64,000 nt of DNA from positions 89,342,001 through 89,406,000 of the forward strand of contig NC_043004.1 in the NCBI RefSeq assembly GCF_006345805.1, given 5' to 3'. Shown one piece after another: positions 63,621-64,000 of this stretch. The notes below the pieces were generated by a model that had not been told where the DNA came from, made no database searches, and was given only the letters and a program-made list of their open reading frames with translations. Each line of letters begins with the position of its first letter. The stretch's first letter is position 1. The position numbers were made by a program, and so were the translations under genes. Source of the stretch: Octopus sinensis. Its lineage: Eukaryota.

Positions 63621-64000
63621 CTTTACTTTTTTCTATATAGGGGTGTTGGCCCAGTGCAAACCCATTAGAGGTAATCCAAATTAGTCTGGTCACCATCCTT
63701 TGATGTGTCCAACACAGGAGGGCAAACCAGGAGTTTGTGTCTCTTCTGGTATATCTCTCAGGACCATTGAGGTGCACATGCACTCACAATGTAAGAAGGA
63801 CTGGACCTTGTAGTGGATTACCACTAGTAATGACCCTAAAATGGATCAAGGTAAATAGAGGCACATAGAAGTATTGTATCCAGTGAAATCCTTTACACAG
63901 TGCTATCTTAAGGCCTGGACACACTGGGTAGTTGACAGGGGTCCTTGGGGACCCAATTTTGCTGACAATAGAGAAATATTATTGGGTTCAGTGCATTGAT

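Overview
AT-rich eukaryotic genomic DNA. The repeat families point to a coleoid cephalopod, most likely Octopus (inference). No prokaryotic features and no CRISPR array. Three spliced genes were rebuilt by hand from GT-AG boundaries with consistent phases. (1) The last 8 coding exons of an SLC4A11-like transporter (+, 3207-5316). (2) A complete SERBP1/Vig-type RNA-binding protein gene (-, 7 exons, 441 aa, 10387-6276), tail-to-tail with the transporter. (3) A complete ZNF367 (+, 4 exons, about 10868/10919-51774), head-to-head with SERBP1 across a ~0.5 kb promoter with CRE and E2F motifs; its 32.7 kb first intron is packed with transposons. The rest is a nested repeat landscape: tRNA-derived SINEs, RTE and CR1-type LINE 3' ends, a decayed Gypsy pol, TTAA MITEs, non-autonomous Helitrons, an inverted-duplicated mariner, a hAT remnant and a SINE-born 32-bp minisatellite. 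Most notable: a near-canonical type I hammerhead ribozyme motif (57555-57603) inside a structured 338-bp partial tandem unit (retrozyme/Penelope-like), and an Asn (AAT) where SLC4 transporters have a conserved acidic residue, one A-to-I edit from Asp. Family assignments rest on recalled motifs, not database searches, and repeat boundaries are approximate unless a TSD or TIR is given.
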